From assembly GCA_963696385.1 (NCBI GenBank), contig CAVOKF010000006.1, positions 384,001-448,000 on the forward strand: DNA of 64,000 bases, written 5' to 3'. Within the stretch, counting starts at the first letter, position 1. Every line of letters starts with the position of its first letter. Below, in pieces: positions 10,085-20,683 of this stretch. Under the pieces are notes generated by a model, which saw only the letters and a program-made list of their open reading frames with translations, had not been told where the DNA came from and did no database searches. The DNA comes from an uncultured delta proteobacterium (GTDB taxonomy: Bacteria > Myxococcota_A > Polyangia > Polyangiales > Polyangiaceae). The translations under genes were made by a program, and so were the position numbers.

Positions 10085-10522
10085 TCAACGCTCGAAGCGT
10101 CCGGTCTTTTCGGTGAGCCGGATTCGGAACAGCGTGGTTCGGGCGCCGTGCTGCGCGATACCGTGGACTCGCGGATGCTTCAACGCCGTGGCGCTCGCGT
10201 GCAGCGGACCGAGGCGCGACAAGAGCAGCTCGGCGGCGCGATCCTCGAGCGCCCCGCTCAACTCTTCGTACTGGCCCCAAGCCACCACGCTCGACCAATG
10301 CGAGAGGTCCGAGATGTCGTCGACTTGAAAGCATACGTTCGGGTTCGTCCGCATCGTCCGAATCTTCAACCCGTCCGCCGAATGCGCGTAGGCACACTCG
10401 CCATCGTACGCGTAGGTGATCGGAACGACGTAAGTCCGGTCCTCGGCATGACAGCCGATCCTTGCGACGGTCGCGCGCAGGAGAAGCTGCTCGATTTCGT
10501 CTCGCGTCAATTCTCCGAGCAT
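10085..10522 (-). CDS. Pyridoxamine 5'-phosphate oxidase-like flavin-binding protein
   Basis: MLGELTRDEIEQLL...YVVPITY...NPNVCFQVD...WSSVVAWG...KTGRFE. RBS GGAGG. Confidence 0.88.
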   Translation of the reverse strand: MLGELTRDEIEQLLLRATVARIGCHAEDRTYVVPITYAYDGECAYAHSADGLKIRTMRTNPNVCFQVDDISDLSHWSSVVAWGQYEELSGALEDRAAELLLSRLGPLHASATALKHPRVHGIAQHGARTTLFRIRLTEKTGRFER

Positions 10523-10549
10523 GTCGGGATCCTCCAGCGAAGATTGGAA

Positions 10550-10565
10550 AGCAGGGGTCATACCG
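10550..10565 (-). promoter_or_regulatory. sigma54 promoter for the PNPOx-pfkA operon
   Basis: Minus strand CGGTATGACCCCTGCT (GG-N10-GC); weaker match. Confidence 0.45.
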
Positions 10566-10601
10566 CTCGAACGACTCGGGGGTAGGGGCATTCGGCGCGA
10601 T

Positions 10602-10631
10602 GCAAGACCTGCGCGATACCGCATCCTTTGC
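10602..10631. promoter_or_regulatory. Candidate tandem enhancer (UAS) between divergent sigma54 promoters
   Basis: GCAAGACCTGC-N8-GCATCCTTTGC, two perfect GCA-N5-TGC palindromes. Confidence 0.6.
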
Positions 10632-10687
10632 ACCGGTTCGGCTCGACGGCGATCGAACATCGCGCGAAATCGGGCCGCGTACCCGTT

Positions 10688-10703
10688 TGGCAAGCTTGGT
10701 GCT
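10688..10703 (+). promoter_or_regulatory. sigma54 promoter for ppsA
   Basis: TGGCAAGCTTGGTGCT (GG-N10-GC). The ATG starts 16 nt after the -12 C. Confidence 0.6.
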
Positions 10704-10717
10704 TCACGACTTGCGCC

Positions 10718-13141
10718 ATGTGGATCAAACAGCTGACCGAGGTAGGGCTTTCGGACGTGTCGAGCGTCGGCGGCAAGAACGCCTCGCTCGGCGAAATGCT
10801 GCGTTCTCTGGTGCCGCTCGGGGTGAAGGTGCCGGACGGCTTCGCCATCACGGCCGACGGTTATCGCCATTTCGTCGACGCGAACGGTCTCGCCGCGCCC
10901 ATTCAGGAAGTGCTCCGCGGCATCCGCAAGGGCGACGTGGACGACCTGGTGCGCCGCAGCGATCGAATCCGCGAGCTCATGACCCGCGCGCCGATGCCCG
11001 CCGATCTGGAGAGTGAGATCTCGCAAGCCTACGACGGGTTGGCGCGAGCAGCCCGGAGCGCCGCGCCGGACGTGGCCGTGCGAAGTTCGGGGACGGCCGA
11101 GGATCTGCCGAATGCGAGCTTCGCGGGGCAGCAGGAAACGTTCTTGAACGTGCGGGGGGCGACGGCGGTGATCGATGCCACCCGCAAAGCCTTTGCTTCC
11201 CTCTTCACTCCGCGCGCCATCCACTACCGCGCGGACATGGGGTTCGAGCACATGCGCGTGGCGCTGTCGGTCGGCGTGCAGCGGATGGTGCGATCGGACC
11301 TGGCGAGTGCCGGAGTCATTTTCACGCTCGACACCGAAACGGGACATCGCGGGGTCGTGCTCGTCACGTCGAGCTACGGTCTCGGCGAGAGCGTCGTTCA
11401 AGGGCGGGTCGTGCCCGATCAGTTCGTCGTGCACAAGGATCGGCTGCGCGCGGGCTTCCGACCCCTCGTAAGGCGCAAGCTCGGCGCGAAAGAGAGCCGC
11501 CTCGTCTACGACGAGACGGGTCATCGGGGCGTGCTGACCGAACGCGTGCCGGAAGACTTGCGGAGCCGCTTCTCTCTCGAGGACGACGACGTGATCACCC
11601 TAGCCCAGTGGGCGCTGCGCATCGAAGAGCATTACTCGAGCATTTCCGGTGAAGACGCTCCGATGGACATCGAGTGGGCCAAGGACGGTCGTACGGGCGA
11701 TCTGTTCATCGTGCAGGCTCGAAGGGAGACCGTCCATAGCCGGCGATCGGCGCCTACGATACGGATGTGCAAGCTGTCGAGCCCGGGTCGAGCCCTCGCC
11801 ACGGGTCTGGCGATCGGCGACGCGATCGCGGTCGGGCGCGCGCGGGTGATTCGCGATCCCAGCCGGCAGGCGGACGTCCAAAAAGGCGACGTCATCGTCA
11901 CGGAGATGACCGATCCCGATTGGGAACCGATCATGAAAATCGCGTCCGCCATCGTCACCGATCGCGGCGGGCGGACTTCCCATGCGGCGATTGTCGCCCG
12001 CGAGCTCGGGATTCCGGCGATCGTCGGGACAGCCGATGCGACGTCGACCGTCACTCACGGCAGTCCGGTGACCGTCTCGTGCGCCGAGGGCGAGACGGGC
12101 CACGTGTACGACGGCGAGCTCGCGTTCACCGTCGAAGAAGTGGACCCGCGGACGCTGCCCAAGCCCCAGACCCAGATCATGCTCAATGTGGGCGATCCGG
12201 ACAGCGCGCTCAAACTCGCCATGCTTCCGTGCGACGGCGTCGGCCTTGCGCGCATGGAGTTCATCTTCGCGAGTTGGGTGGGCGTGCATCCTCTGGCGCT
12301 GACGCGCTACTCGACCCTCACCCCGGAGGTGCGCCGCGAGGTCGATGCGAGGACGGGCGGCGCTGCCGACAAGACCCAGTACTTCATCGATCGCTTGTCG
12401 CAGGGAATCGGCATGCTGGCTGCGGCTTTTTGGCCGCGGCCGGTCATTTTGCGTTTCAGTGACTTCAAGACGAATGAATACGCGCGTCTCGTGGGCGGCG
12501 CCTCGTTCGAGCCGCACGAGGAAAACCCCATGCTCGGCTGGCGCGGTGCCAGTCGCTACTACCATCCAAACTACAAAGAGGGATTCTTGCTCGAGGTGGC
12601 GGCGGTGCGGCGCGTCCGAGAGACCTTCGGTCTGACCAACCTGAAGGTGATGGTTCCGTTCTGTCGCACGCCGGCGGAAGGCGAGCGCGTGCTCCTGACG
12701 ATGAAAGAGGGGGGACTCGTGCAAGGGCAGGCAGGACTCGAGGTCTACGTCATGGCCGAGATCCCCTCGAACATCCTGATGGCGGAGGCGTTCGCGAAGC
12801 TCTTCGACGGCTTCTCCATCGGGTCGAACAATCTCACGCAGCTCACGCTCGGCGTGGACCGGGACTCGATGACCGTCGCTCCGCTGTTCGACGAGCGGAT
12901 TGCCGCGGTCACGTGGTCGTGTGCGCACCTTATCGAGGTGGCTCATGCTCACGGGCGCAAGGTGGGCATCTGCGGCCAGGCCCCGAGCGACTACCCGGAT
13001 TTCGCGGCGCTCCTCGTGGAGGCAGGGATCGACTCGCTGAGTCTCAACGCCGACGCGTTCGCGCGCACGCGAACTCGGATCTTCGAAGTCGAGCAGTCGA
13101 AAAAGGGTCGTGGGGCGACCCTCGGGGGTCAGAGCACGTAG
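10718..13141 (+). CDS. ppsA: Phosphoenolpyruvate synthase
   Basis: [34 protein letters not shown] (phospho-His), [10 protein letters not shown] and GICGQAPSD. Confidence 0.96.
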   Translation: MWIKQLTEVGLSDVSSVGGKNASLGEMLRSLVPLGVKVPDGFAITADGYRHFVDANGLAAPIQEVLRGIRKGDVDDLVRRSDRIRELMTRAPMPADLESEISQAYDGLARAARSAAPDVAVRSSGTAEDLPNASFAGQQETFLNVRGATAVIDATRKAFASLFTPRAIHYRADMGFEHMRVALSVGVQRMVRSDLASAGVIFTLDTETGHRGVVLVTSSYGLGESVVQGRVVPDQFVVHKDRLRAGFRPLVRRKLGAKESRLVYDETGHRGVLTERVPEDLRSRFSLEDDDVITLAQWALRIEEHYSSISGEDAPMDIEWAKDGRTGDLFIVQARRETVHSRRSAPTIRMCKLSSPGRALATGLAIGDAIAVGRARVIRDPSRQADVQKGDVIVTEMTDPDWEPIMKIASAIVTDRGGRTSHAAIVARELGIPAIVGTADATSTVTHGSPVTVSCAEGETGHVYDGELAFTVEEVDPRTLPKPQTQIMLNVGDPDSALKLAMLPCDGVGLARMEFIFASWVGVHPLALTRYSTLTPEVRREVDARTGGAADKTQYFIDRLSQGIGMLAAAFWPRPVILRFSDFKTNEYARLVGGASFEPHEENPMLGWRGASRYYHPNYKEGFLLEVAAVRRVRETFGLTNLKVMVPFCRTPAEGERVLLTMKEGGLVQGQAGLEVYVMAEIPSNILMAEAFAKLFDGFSIGSNNLTQLTLGVDRDSMTVAPLFDERIAAVTWSCAHLIEVAHAHGRKVGICGQAPSDYPDFAALLVEAGIDSLSLNADAFARTRTRIFEVEQSKKGRGATLGGQST

Positions 13142-14448
13142 CGAAGGACGAGATTTTCGAGCATCTCCTGCCGGCCCGAACGGCGTGCCGGCTCGATTTT
13201 CTGGGACAGGACGCGATCGGACAGATCGGCGAGCGACAGGCGCCCGTTCAGGATGTCGCTCCCGAACGGGGTCTCCCAGCCGGCGTATCGCTCGTCCAGA
13301 AATGCCTGCAGCTTGCCGTCGTCGAGCATCCGGTCGGCGATGAGCAGTGCCTTGGCGAGCACGTCGATGCCGCCGACGTGCGCGTGAAAGATGTCCTGCA
13401 AGTCGATGCTCGGGCGCCGAAGCTTCGCGTCGAAGTTGAAGCCGCCCGTCGTGAAGCCACCCGCTTGCAAAATGCGTCGCAATACGAGCGCGAGCTCGGC
13501 GGGATCGTTCGGAAACTGGTCGGTGTCCCAGCCGAGCAGCGTGTCGCCGCGGTTGATGTCGACGCTGCCGAACACGCCGTTGGCGATGGCGTACGCGATC
13601 TCGTGTTCGAACGAGTGTCCGGCAAGCGTCGCGTGGTTCGCCTCGATGTTCAGTTTGAAGTCGCCGCCATCCAAATCGTAGCGCTGCAAAAACGCGAAGA
13701 CCGTCGCCGCGTCGAAGTCGTACTGATGCTTGGTCGGCTCCATCGGCTTCGGTTCGATGAGCAGCGGCCCTTTGAACCCGATCTTGTGTTTGTGCTCGGC
13801 CACGAGCGCCAAGAAGCGCCCGAGTTGATCGAGCTCGCGCTTCATGTCGGTGTTGAGCAGGGTCTCGTAGCCCTCCCGGCCGCCCCAGAGGACGTAATTC
13901 TCTCCGCCGAGCTGCTGGGTGACTTCGAGCGCCTTTTTTACTTGAGCGCCCGCGTAGGCGAAGACGTTGGGGTCGGGATTGGTCGCCGCCCCGGCCAAAT
14001 AGCGGGGGTGGCTGAAGAGGTTCGCCGTTCCCCAGAGAAGCTTGACGCCCGTGCGCTGCATATGCCCGGCCATCACCTCCACGATGCCGTCGAGCGTGGC
14101 ATTCGTCTCCGAAAGGCTCGACGCCTCCGGGGCGACGTCGCGGTCGTGGAAGCAGAAGTAGCGGACGCCGAGCTTTTCGAACAGTTCGAACGCCGCGGCC
14201 GCCTTGTCCTTCGCGAGCGCCACGGCGTCGTCGCCGCGCTGCCAGGCGCGATTGAACGTGCCGGCGCCGAACACGTCGGACCCGTCGCCACAGAGCGTGT
14301 GCCAGTAGCAGACGGCCAGCCGTAACTGATCTTCCATGCGCTTGCCGCGCACGATGCGATCCTTGTCGTAGAAGCGATACGCAAGACCCTCCGCCTCGGG
14401 TCCCCGGTATCGAACGGGTTCGAGGCCTGGAAACGCTGGCTTGGGCAT
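13129..14448 (-). CDS. xylA: Xylose isomerase
   Basis: [36 protein letters not shown] and GWDTDQFP. Confidence 0.98.
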   Translation of the reverse strand: MPKPAFPGLEPVRYRGPEAEGLAYRFYDKDRIVRGKRMEDQLRLAVCYWHTLCGDGSDVFGAGTFNRAWQRGDDAVALAKDKAAAAFELFEKLGVRYFCFHDRDVAPEASSLSETNATLDGIVEVMAGHMQRTGVKLLWGTANLFSHPRYLAGAATNPDPNVFAYAGAQVKKALEVTQQLGGENYVLWGGREGYETLLNTDMKRELDQLGRFLALVAEHKHKIGFKGPLLIEPKPMEPTKHQYDFDAATVFAFLQRYDLDGGDFKLNIEANHATLAGHSFEHEIAYAIANGVFGSVDINRGDTLLGWDTDQFPNDPAELALVLRRILQAGGFTTGGFNFDAKLRRPSIDLQDIFHAHVGGIDVLAKALLIADRMLDDGKLQAFLDERYAGWETPFGSDILNGRLSLADLSDRVLSQKIEPARRSGRQEMLENLVLRYVL

Positions 14449-14482
14449 GACCGCCTCACATCCTTTTCGGCGCAGATATTAA

Positions 14483-14497
14483 GGAAACTCAGTTTAC
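14483..14497. promoter_or_regulatory. Candidate ROK repressor operator
   Basis: GGAAACTCAGTTTAC, a GTAA-N7-TTAC variant, in an AT-rich patch between xylA and the ROK gene. Confidence 0.6.
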
Positions 14498-14556
14498 CAA
14501 ACACCCGACTCGAAGCAAGCGATCGGGGGCGTCGGTCCCGGGTTGCCCTCGGACCT

Positions 14557-15780
14557 ATGATAGAGTCGCTTTTGTCCGTGCTGGTCAAGGTCGATAGTCA
14601 CGCCATGCGCGAGATGAATCGCGCGCTCGTCCTCGAGATGATCCGGCGGGAGACGACTGTGTCGAGGAGCGACCTGGCGCGCCGCTCGGCCCTGACCAAG
14701 CCAACGGTTTCTTCCATCGTGGACGTACTCATCGGCGAAGGTCTCGTGTGCGAAGTCGGGTTCGGGTCGTCGCACTCCCGGAAGGGCCGACGCTCGCGGC
14801 TTCTCCAATTGAACGATGCGGCAGCGGCATTCTTGGGCGTTCACTTCGGCGTGCGCCACACCTCCATTGCGGTGGCCGACGCGCGCGGCCAGATCCGGCA
14901 CACGGCGACCGTCGAAAGCTTTCGCGGCCGTTTCGAGCAGGCCATTTTAGCGCTGCCGGCCCTGGTGAAGAGCGTGTTCCGCGAGGCGCGGCTGTCGCGC
15001 TCGCGACTCGCGGCCGTCGGCGTCGCCATCCCGGGTCTCGTCGATCAGACGAGCGGCACCTGCGTCTTGGCGCCCAACCTTCGCTGGTTCGACGCGCCCG
15101 TCAAGGACGAGCTCGGGCGGGCCCTGCGGGCGCCGAGCGCCGTCCGCAACATCACACAAGCCGCGGCCATCGCGGAGGGCCGGCTCGGGGCTGCGCGCGG
15201 CAAACGCTCCTTCGTATGGGTGTACGTCGGCACCGGTATCGGCTCCGCCATCGTGGTCGACGGGCGCCTGGTTTACGGCAATAGCGGCTATAGCGGCGAG
15301 CTCGGACACTGCGCCGTGCTCGACAATGGGACGCAGTGCGGATGCGGCGGGTTCGGGTGCCTCGAGACGGTCGCGTCGGGGGCGGCGATCGAGGCGGCGG
15401 CGCGCAGGAGCCGCGCACGAAGCAGCCGGCCGGGCCGGGGTGGGTCGAACCGCGACGCCCAGGCCATCGCGATCGCCGCACGCAAAGGCGATCGCGAGGC
15501 GCGACGCATCCTCGCGCAGGCCGGCGAGTACCTCGGCATCGGCATCTCGTACCTGCTCAATTTGCTCAATCCCCAGATGGTGGTCTTGGGGGGCCGCGTC
15601 ATTCAAGCGGGCGAGTGCCTTCTCGACCCGGTGCGGCAGTCGGTGGCCAAGCACGCCATGCGTAGCGCCGGGGTCCCCATCGTGCCGTCGACCGTCGGCG
15701 ACGACGTGATGCTCAAGGGTGCCGTCCTACTTGCGATGGAAGGGGATCGGGTCGACGGAAACCCGGCGATCGGGCAGTGA
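14557..15780 (+). CDS. ROK family transcriptional repressor (XylR-like)
   Basis: N-terminal HTH (SRSDLARRSALTKPTVSSIV), GTGIG, GELGH and CGCGGFGCLE. Divergent from xylA. Confidence 0.93.
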   Translation: MIESLLSVLVKVDSHAMREMNRALVLEMIRRETTVSRSDLARRSALTKPTVSSIVDVLIGEGLVCEVGFGSSHSRKGRRSRLLQLNDAAAAFLGVHFGVRHTSIAVADARGQIRHTATVESFRGRFEQAILALPALVKSVFREARLSRSRLAAVGVAIPGLVDQTSGTCVLAPNLRWFDAPVKDELGRALRAPSAVRNITQAAAIAEGRLGAARGKRSFVWVYVGTGIGSAIVVDGRLVYGNSGYSGELGHCAVLDNGTQCGCGGFGCLETVASGAAIEAAARRSRARSSRPGRGGSNRDAQAIAIAARKGDREARRILAQAGEYLGIGISYLLNLLNPQMVVLGGRVIQAGECLLDPVRQSVAKHAMRSAGVPIVPSTVGDDVMLKGAVLLAMEGDRVDGNPAIGQ

Positions 15781-15804
15781 AATTGCGCGCGTAAAGGTGA
15801 CCGC

Positions 15805-17268
15805 ATGTTTCTGGGTATCGATTTGGGGACATCCAGCATCAAGGTGCTGCTCGTCGACGACGAGCAGCGAATCGTCGCCGAGGCGAGCGAGCCGCTGACC
15901 GTCGATCGCCCGCGACCGCTCTGGTCCGAGCAATCGCCGGACGCGTGGTGGACGGCTACGGCGAAGGCCGTGGCGCGCCTGCGCGATGCCGCCTCGCCCG
16001 CATTCTCCGCAGTCCGAGGGATCGGACTATCCGGCCAAATGCACGGTGCGACATTGCTCGATTCCGAGCTTCGCGTTCTGCGGCCCGCCATCCTCTGGAA
16101 CGATGGGCGGAGCGGTGCCGAGTGCGAAGAGCTCGAGGCGCGCGAACCGCGCGCGAGAGAGATCACCGGCAACGCCGCGATGCCGGGCTTCACGGCGCCG
16201 AAGCTAGTTTGGGTGGCGCACCACGAGCCCGATGTCTTTGCCCGCACGGCGCACGTGCTTCTGCCCAAGGATTGGTTGCGCTTGAAGCTCACCGGACAGC
16301 TCGTGACCGATCCGTCCGATGCCGCGGGCACGCTGTGGCTGGACGTCGCGCGCCGCCGTTGGTCGGGGCCGATGCTTGCGGCGTGCGGCCTCTCGGAGCG
16401 CGCCATGCCTCGGCTCGTGGAGGGCACAGAGCCGACGGGAACGCTCCGTGCGGAGGTCGCGAGTGCGTGGGGGCTGTCTCCGTCGACCGTGGTCGCGGGC
16501 GGCGGCGGCGACAACGCGGCGGGCGCGGTCGGTGTGGGCGTCATTCAACCCGGTGATGCGCTCCTTTCGCTGGGGACGTCGGGAGTCATCTTCCTCGTGA
16601 CCGACGGCTTTGCCGCGAGCCCTGCCCGTGGCGTGCACGCCTTCTGCCACTGCGTACCCGACCGATGGCACCAAATGTCGGTGATGTTGAGCGCGGCCAG
16701 CTGCCTCTCGTGGCTTTCGACGGCCACCGGCGCGGCGGACGTCGGCGCGTTGCTCGCCGAGGTCGAGGCGGGTCCGGCGCCGCCGGGCGACGTCCTTTTT
16801 CTGCCGTACTTGTCCGGTGAGCGCACGCCGCGCGATCCGAATGCGCGCGGCGTTTTCTTCGGTCTTACCCATGCCACCACGCGTGCGCATCTTGCGCTCG
16901 CCGTCCTCGAAGGGGTCGCTTTCGGCTTTGCCGACGGGTTGCAGGCGCTCAGGGGCGCGGGCGGCGAGCCGCGCGAGATCACGGTCATCGGCGGAGGGTC
17001 GCGCACCCCGCTCTGGACCCGGATCTTGGCCGCCGCGCTCGGCGAGACTCTGCTCGTCCGGGAGCGCGCCGAGCTCGGCCCGGCGTTCGGCGCGGCGCGT
17101 CTCGCGCGGATCGCGCTTACCGGCGAGCCGGTCGAGCGCGTCGCCGTAGCCCCCCCGGTCGTGCGCCGCGTCGAGCCGGACCCGGCGTTGTACGAACCGT
17201 ATCGCGAGCGCGTCGTTCGGTACCGCGACCTGTACGCGCGACTGCGTACGGCGTTCGCGACCGCTTGA
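15805..17268 (+). CDS. xylB: Xylulokinase
   Basis: GIDLGTS, GLSGQMHG, ILWNDGRS, GGGDNAAGA and LPYLSGERTP. Confidence 0.97.
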   Translation: MFLGIDLGTSSIKVLLVDDEQRIVAEASEPLTVDRPRPLWSEQSPDAWWTATAKAVARLRDAASPAFSAVRGIGLSGQMHGATLLDSELRVLRPAILWNDGRSGAECEELEAREPRAREITGNAAMPGFTAPKLVWVAHHEPDVFARTAHVLLPKDWLRLKLTGQLVTDPSDAAGTLWLDVARRRWSGPMLAACGLSERAMPRLVEGTEPTGTLRAEVASAWGLSPSTVVAGGGGDNAAGAVGVGVIQPGDALLSLGTSGVIFLVTDGFAASPARGVHAFCHCVPDRWHQMSVMLSAASCLSWLSTATGAADVGALLAEVEAGPAPPGDVLFLPYLSGERTPRDPNARGVFFGLTHATTRAHLALAVLEGVAFGFADGLQALRGAGGEPREITVIGGGSRTPLWTRILAAALGETLLVRERAELGPAFGAARLARIALTGEPVERVAVAPPVVRRVEPDPALYEPYRERVVRYRDLYARLRTAFATA

Positions 17269-17282
17269 TTGCCGCGAGGACC

Positions 17283-19181
17283 ATGCCGGCGCGCCAGGAT
17301 GCCGAAGGCCCCCGAGCCGGGGGCGTGCGCACGGCCGAAGATCTCGCGTCGCCCTCGATGGGCGGGAAGGCCGGAGCGGCCCAGCACTCGCACGTGAGGC
17401 TCGCCGAGACGCCCCAGGAGGCCGACGACGCGATCCGGGGGTCGTTCCGGCGTTACCTCTGGCCTCTGCTCTATCGCCACCGTTGGCTCATCGCGGCCGC
17501 GATCACGTTGTGCGGGATCCATGGCGGCGCCATGGCTCTGCAAAACCTGTATCCGAAATGGTTTTTTTCGGAGGTCATCGACGCGAAGGGAATCGACGCG
17601 ACCGAGCGGTGGCGGCGGGTGGCGTGGCTAGGCGCCGGTTACCTCGCCGTGTCGGTCGTGATGCGCATGGGCTTCTGGCACCTCGGCTACCGGTTCTTCA
17701 CCTGGGCTCGCGAGCGAATCGTTTTCGGCCTGCGGGCCCAGTTCTTCCGCCACGTCAATCACCTGTGCCTGCGCTTTCACGACCGGCATTCGTCCGGCGA
17801 GCTCTTCAGCTACTTGTTCGGCACACCGCTCGCGAGCCTGATGCAGTTTTTCCAGCACACCTCGGTGCTCGTCCCGGGGTCGGCCGTCACGGTCGTCTGG
17901 ACGCTCGGCGTGCTCTGGTTCTGGGACCCCGCGGTCGGCGGGCTTCTGACGTTCACGTCGATCTGCAGCGTGCTCTTGATGATCGCCTCGCGGCGGCGGA
18001 TCCAGCGCATCCAGAAGGACTATCAGAGCGTGGAAGGCGACGTGAGCGGCCGCGTCGCGGATCTGTTGCGGGGCAACAAGGCGGTCAAGCTCTACGGCAT
18101 GGAAGCGCAAGTCCTCGAAGACTTCGAGCAGCGAGCCCTCATCGTCGGCCGAAAGTCCTACGAGCGTGACGTCCGCGGGCACATCGAATGGATGAAGCAA
18201 GAGGGCTTCGGCTACCTCTGTTACGTCGCACTCATGGCCGTTTGTGCCTGGCGCGCCGATCGCGGCGGGATCGAGACCGGAATCGTCGTCAGCTGCTTCA
18301 CGTCATTTCAGGGTCTGTATGGCCCGCTCCAGCAACTGTTCCAAGCGTTCGTGCTCTGGGGCGGCGCGGCCGCGTCGCTCGATCGCATCGGGCGCGTCCT
18401 CGACACCGCCAGCACGACACCCGACCCCTTCGATCCCGAAAGGACCGTGCCTGCCCGCAGCACGATCGAGTTCGTGAACGTGACGTTCGGCTACGACGTC
18501 GACCGGCCCGTCGTTCGGGATTTGAATCTGGCGATTCCGTACGGGCAGAAGGTCGCATTCGTCGGCCGGTCCGGATCGGGCAAGACGACGCTTGCCGAGC
18601 TCGCGCTGCGCCTTTACGACCCGCATCGGGGCGAGGTGCGCATCGGCGGAACCGACGCCCGTCGTTTCGCGGGATCCAACTTGCGAAGGTCCTTCGGCAT
18701 CGTGCCGCAGGACCCTTTCATCTTCCGTGCGACCGTGCGCGACAACGTGCGAGTCGCCCGACCCGAGGCCTCCGACCTGGCGATCCGCAGGGCCTGCGAG
18801 CTCGCGAATGCGTGGGAGTTCATCGAGCGGCTCCCCGCACAGCTCGACGCTCAGGTAGGGGAGGGAGGCTCTTCGCTCTCCGGCGGCCAGCGCCAACGAC
18901 TCGCCATTGCGCGCGCCCTGCTCGCCGATCCGCCGATCTTCGTTTTCGACGAGGCGACGAGCGCTCTCGACACACTGAGCGAGAAGCTGATCCAAAACGC
19001 GCTCGAAGTGAACCTCGTCGGGCGGACCGCCATCCTCATCGCGCACCGCCTCGCTACCGTGAGGCAGTGCGACCGCATCCTGGTGCTCGATTCCGGACGA
19101 ATCGTCCAGGACGGCAGTTACGACGCGTTGATGGGCACGGGGCTCTTCGGCGATCTCGCGCGAGGTCAGGAACTCGCATGA
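17283..19181 (+). CDS. ABC exporter-type fused permease/ATPase
   Basis: N-terminal TM helices, Walker A GRSGSGKT, LSGGQRQR, DEATSALD and IAHRL. Confidence 0.92.
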   Translation: MPARQDAEGPRAGGVRTAEDLASPSMGGKAGAAQHSHVRLAETPQEADDAIRGSFRRYLWPLLYRHRWLIAAAITLCGIHGGAMALQNLYPKWFFSEVIDAKGIDATERWRRVAWLGAGYLAVSVVMRMGFWHLGYRFFTWARERIVFGLRAQFFRHVNHLCLRFHDRHSSGELFSYLFGTPLASLMQFFQHTSVLVPGSAVTVVWTLGVLWFWDPAVGGLLTFTSICSVLLMIASRRRIQRIQKDYQSVEGDVSGRVADLLRGNKAVKLYGMEAQVLEDFEQRALIVGRKSYERDVRGHIEWMKQEGFGYLCYVALMAVCAWRADRGGIETGIVVSCFTSFQGLYGPLQQLFQAFVLWGGAAASLDRIGRVLDTASTTPDPFDPERTVPARSTIEFVNVTFGYDVDRPVVRDLNLAIPYGQKVAFVGRSGSGKTTLAELALRLYDPHRGEVRIGGTDARRFAGSNLRRSFGIVPQDPFIFRATVRDNVRVARPEASDLAIRRACELANAWEFIERLPAQLDAQVGEGGSSLSGGQRQRLAIARALLADPPIFVFDEATSALDTLSEKLIQNALEVNLVGRTAILIAHRLATVRQCDRILVLDSGRIVQDGSYDALMGTGLFGDLARGQELA

Positions 19182-19190
19182 CCGTCCCCC

Positions 19191-19330
19191 GCGACGGCGA
19201 CCTGCGACCGCGACTTGCGACCGCGACCGCGACCTCGACCGCGACCGCGACTTCGACCGCGACTTCGACCGCGACCGCGACCTCGACCGCGGATGAGCGC
19301 GACCTGCGACTGCGGACGGGGACCGCGACC
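19191..19330 (+). repeat. Hexamer tandem array, (GCGACC/TCGACC/GCGACT)n
   Basis: Directly visible between the convergent stops at 19181 and 19339. Confidence 0.85.
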
Positions 19331-19338
19331 CGCGCCTC

Positions 19339-20448
<1,110 letters not shown>

Positions 20449-20558
20449 GCTGCAGCACCGCTCTCGCCTCGCGACCGGGCGACGCCGGCTGCCACGTTAG
20501 GCCGAGCGAGGGGCAGTCTCCAAGCGATTTAGCGTCACCGGAAAGTCGATAAGGTAAA

Positions 20559-20573
20559 GTAAAGTTCATTTAA
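20559..20573. promoter_or_regulatory. Candidate ROK repressor operator
   Basis: GTAAAGTTCATTTAA (one mismatch to GTAA-N7-TTAC) in the divergent ATPase/GH95 intergenic region. Confidence 0.5.
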
Positions 20574-20683
20574 GTTGAGGGGGGCTCTCCCCGACAGGCT
20601 CTCCCCGACCAGGCCCTCCCCGACCCTGGCAGTCCGACCTGCCGGGGTCTCACTCTCGAGCGGGCGGCACCGCACCCCATGCC

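Noticed and set aside
20584..20626. Three copies of an approximately CTCTCCCCGAC unit
   Set aside because: Short, degenerate and at a single locus; no supportable function.
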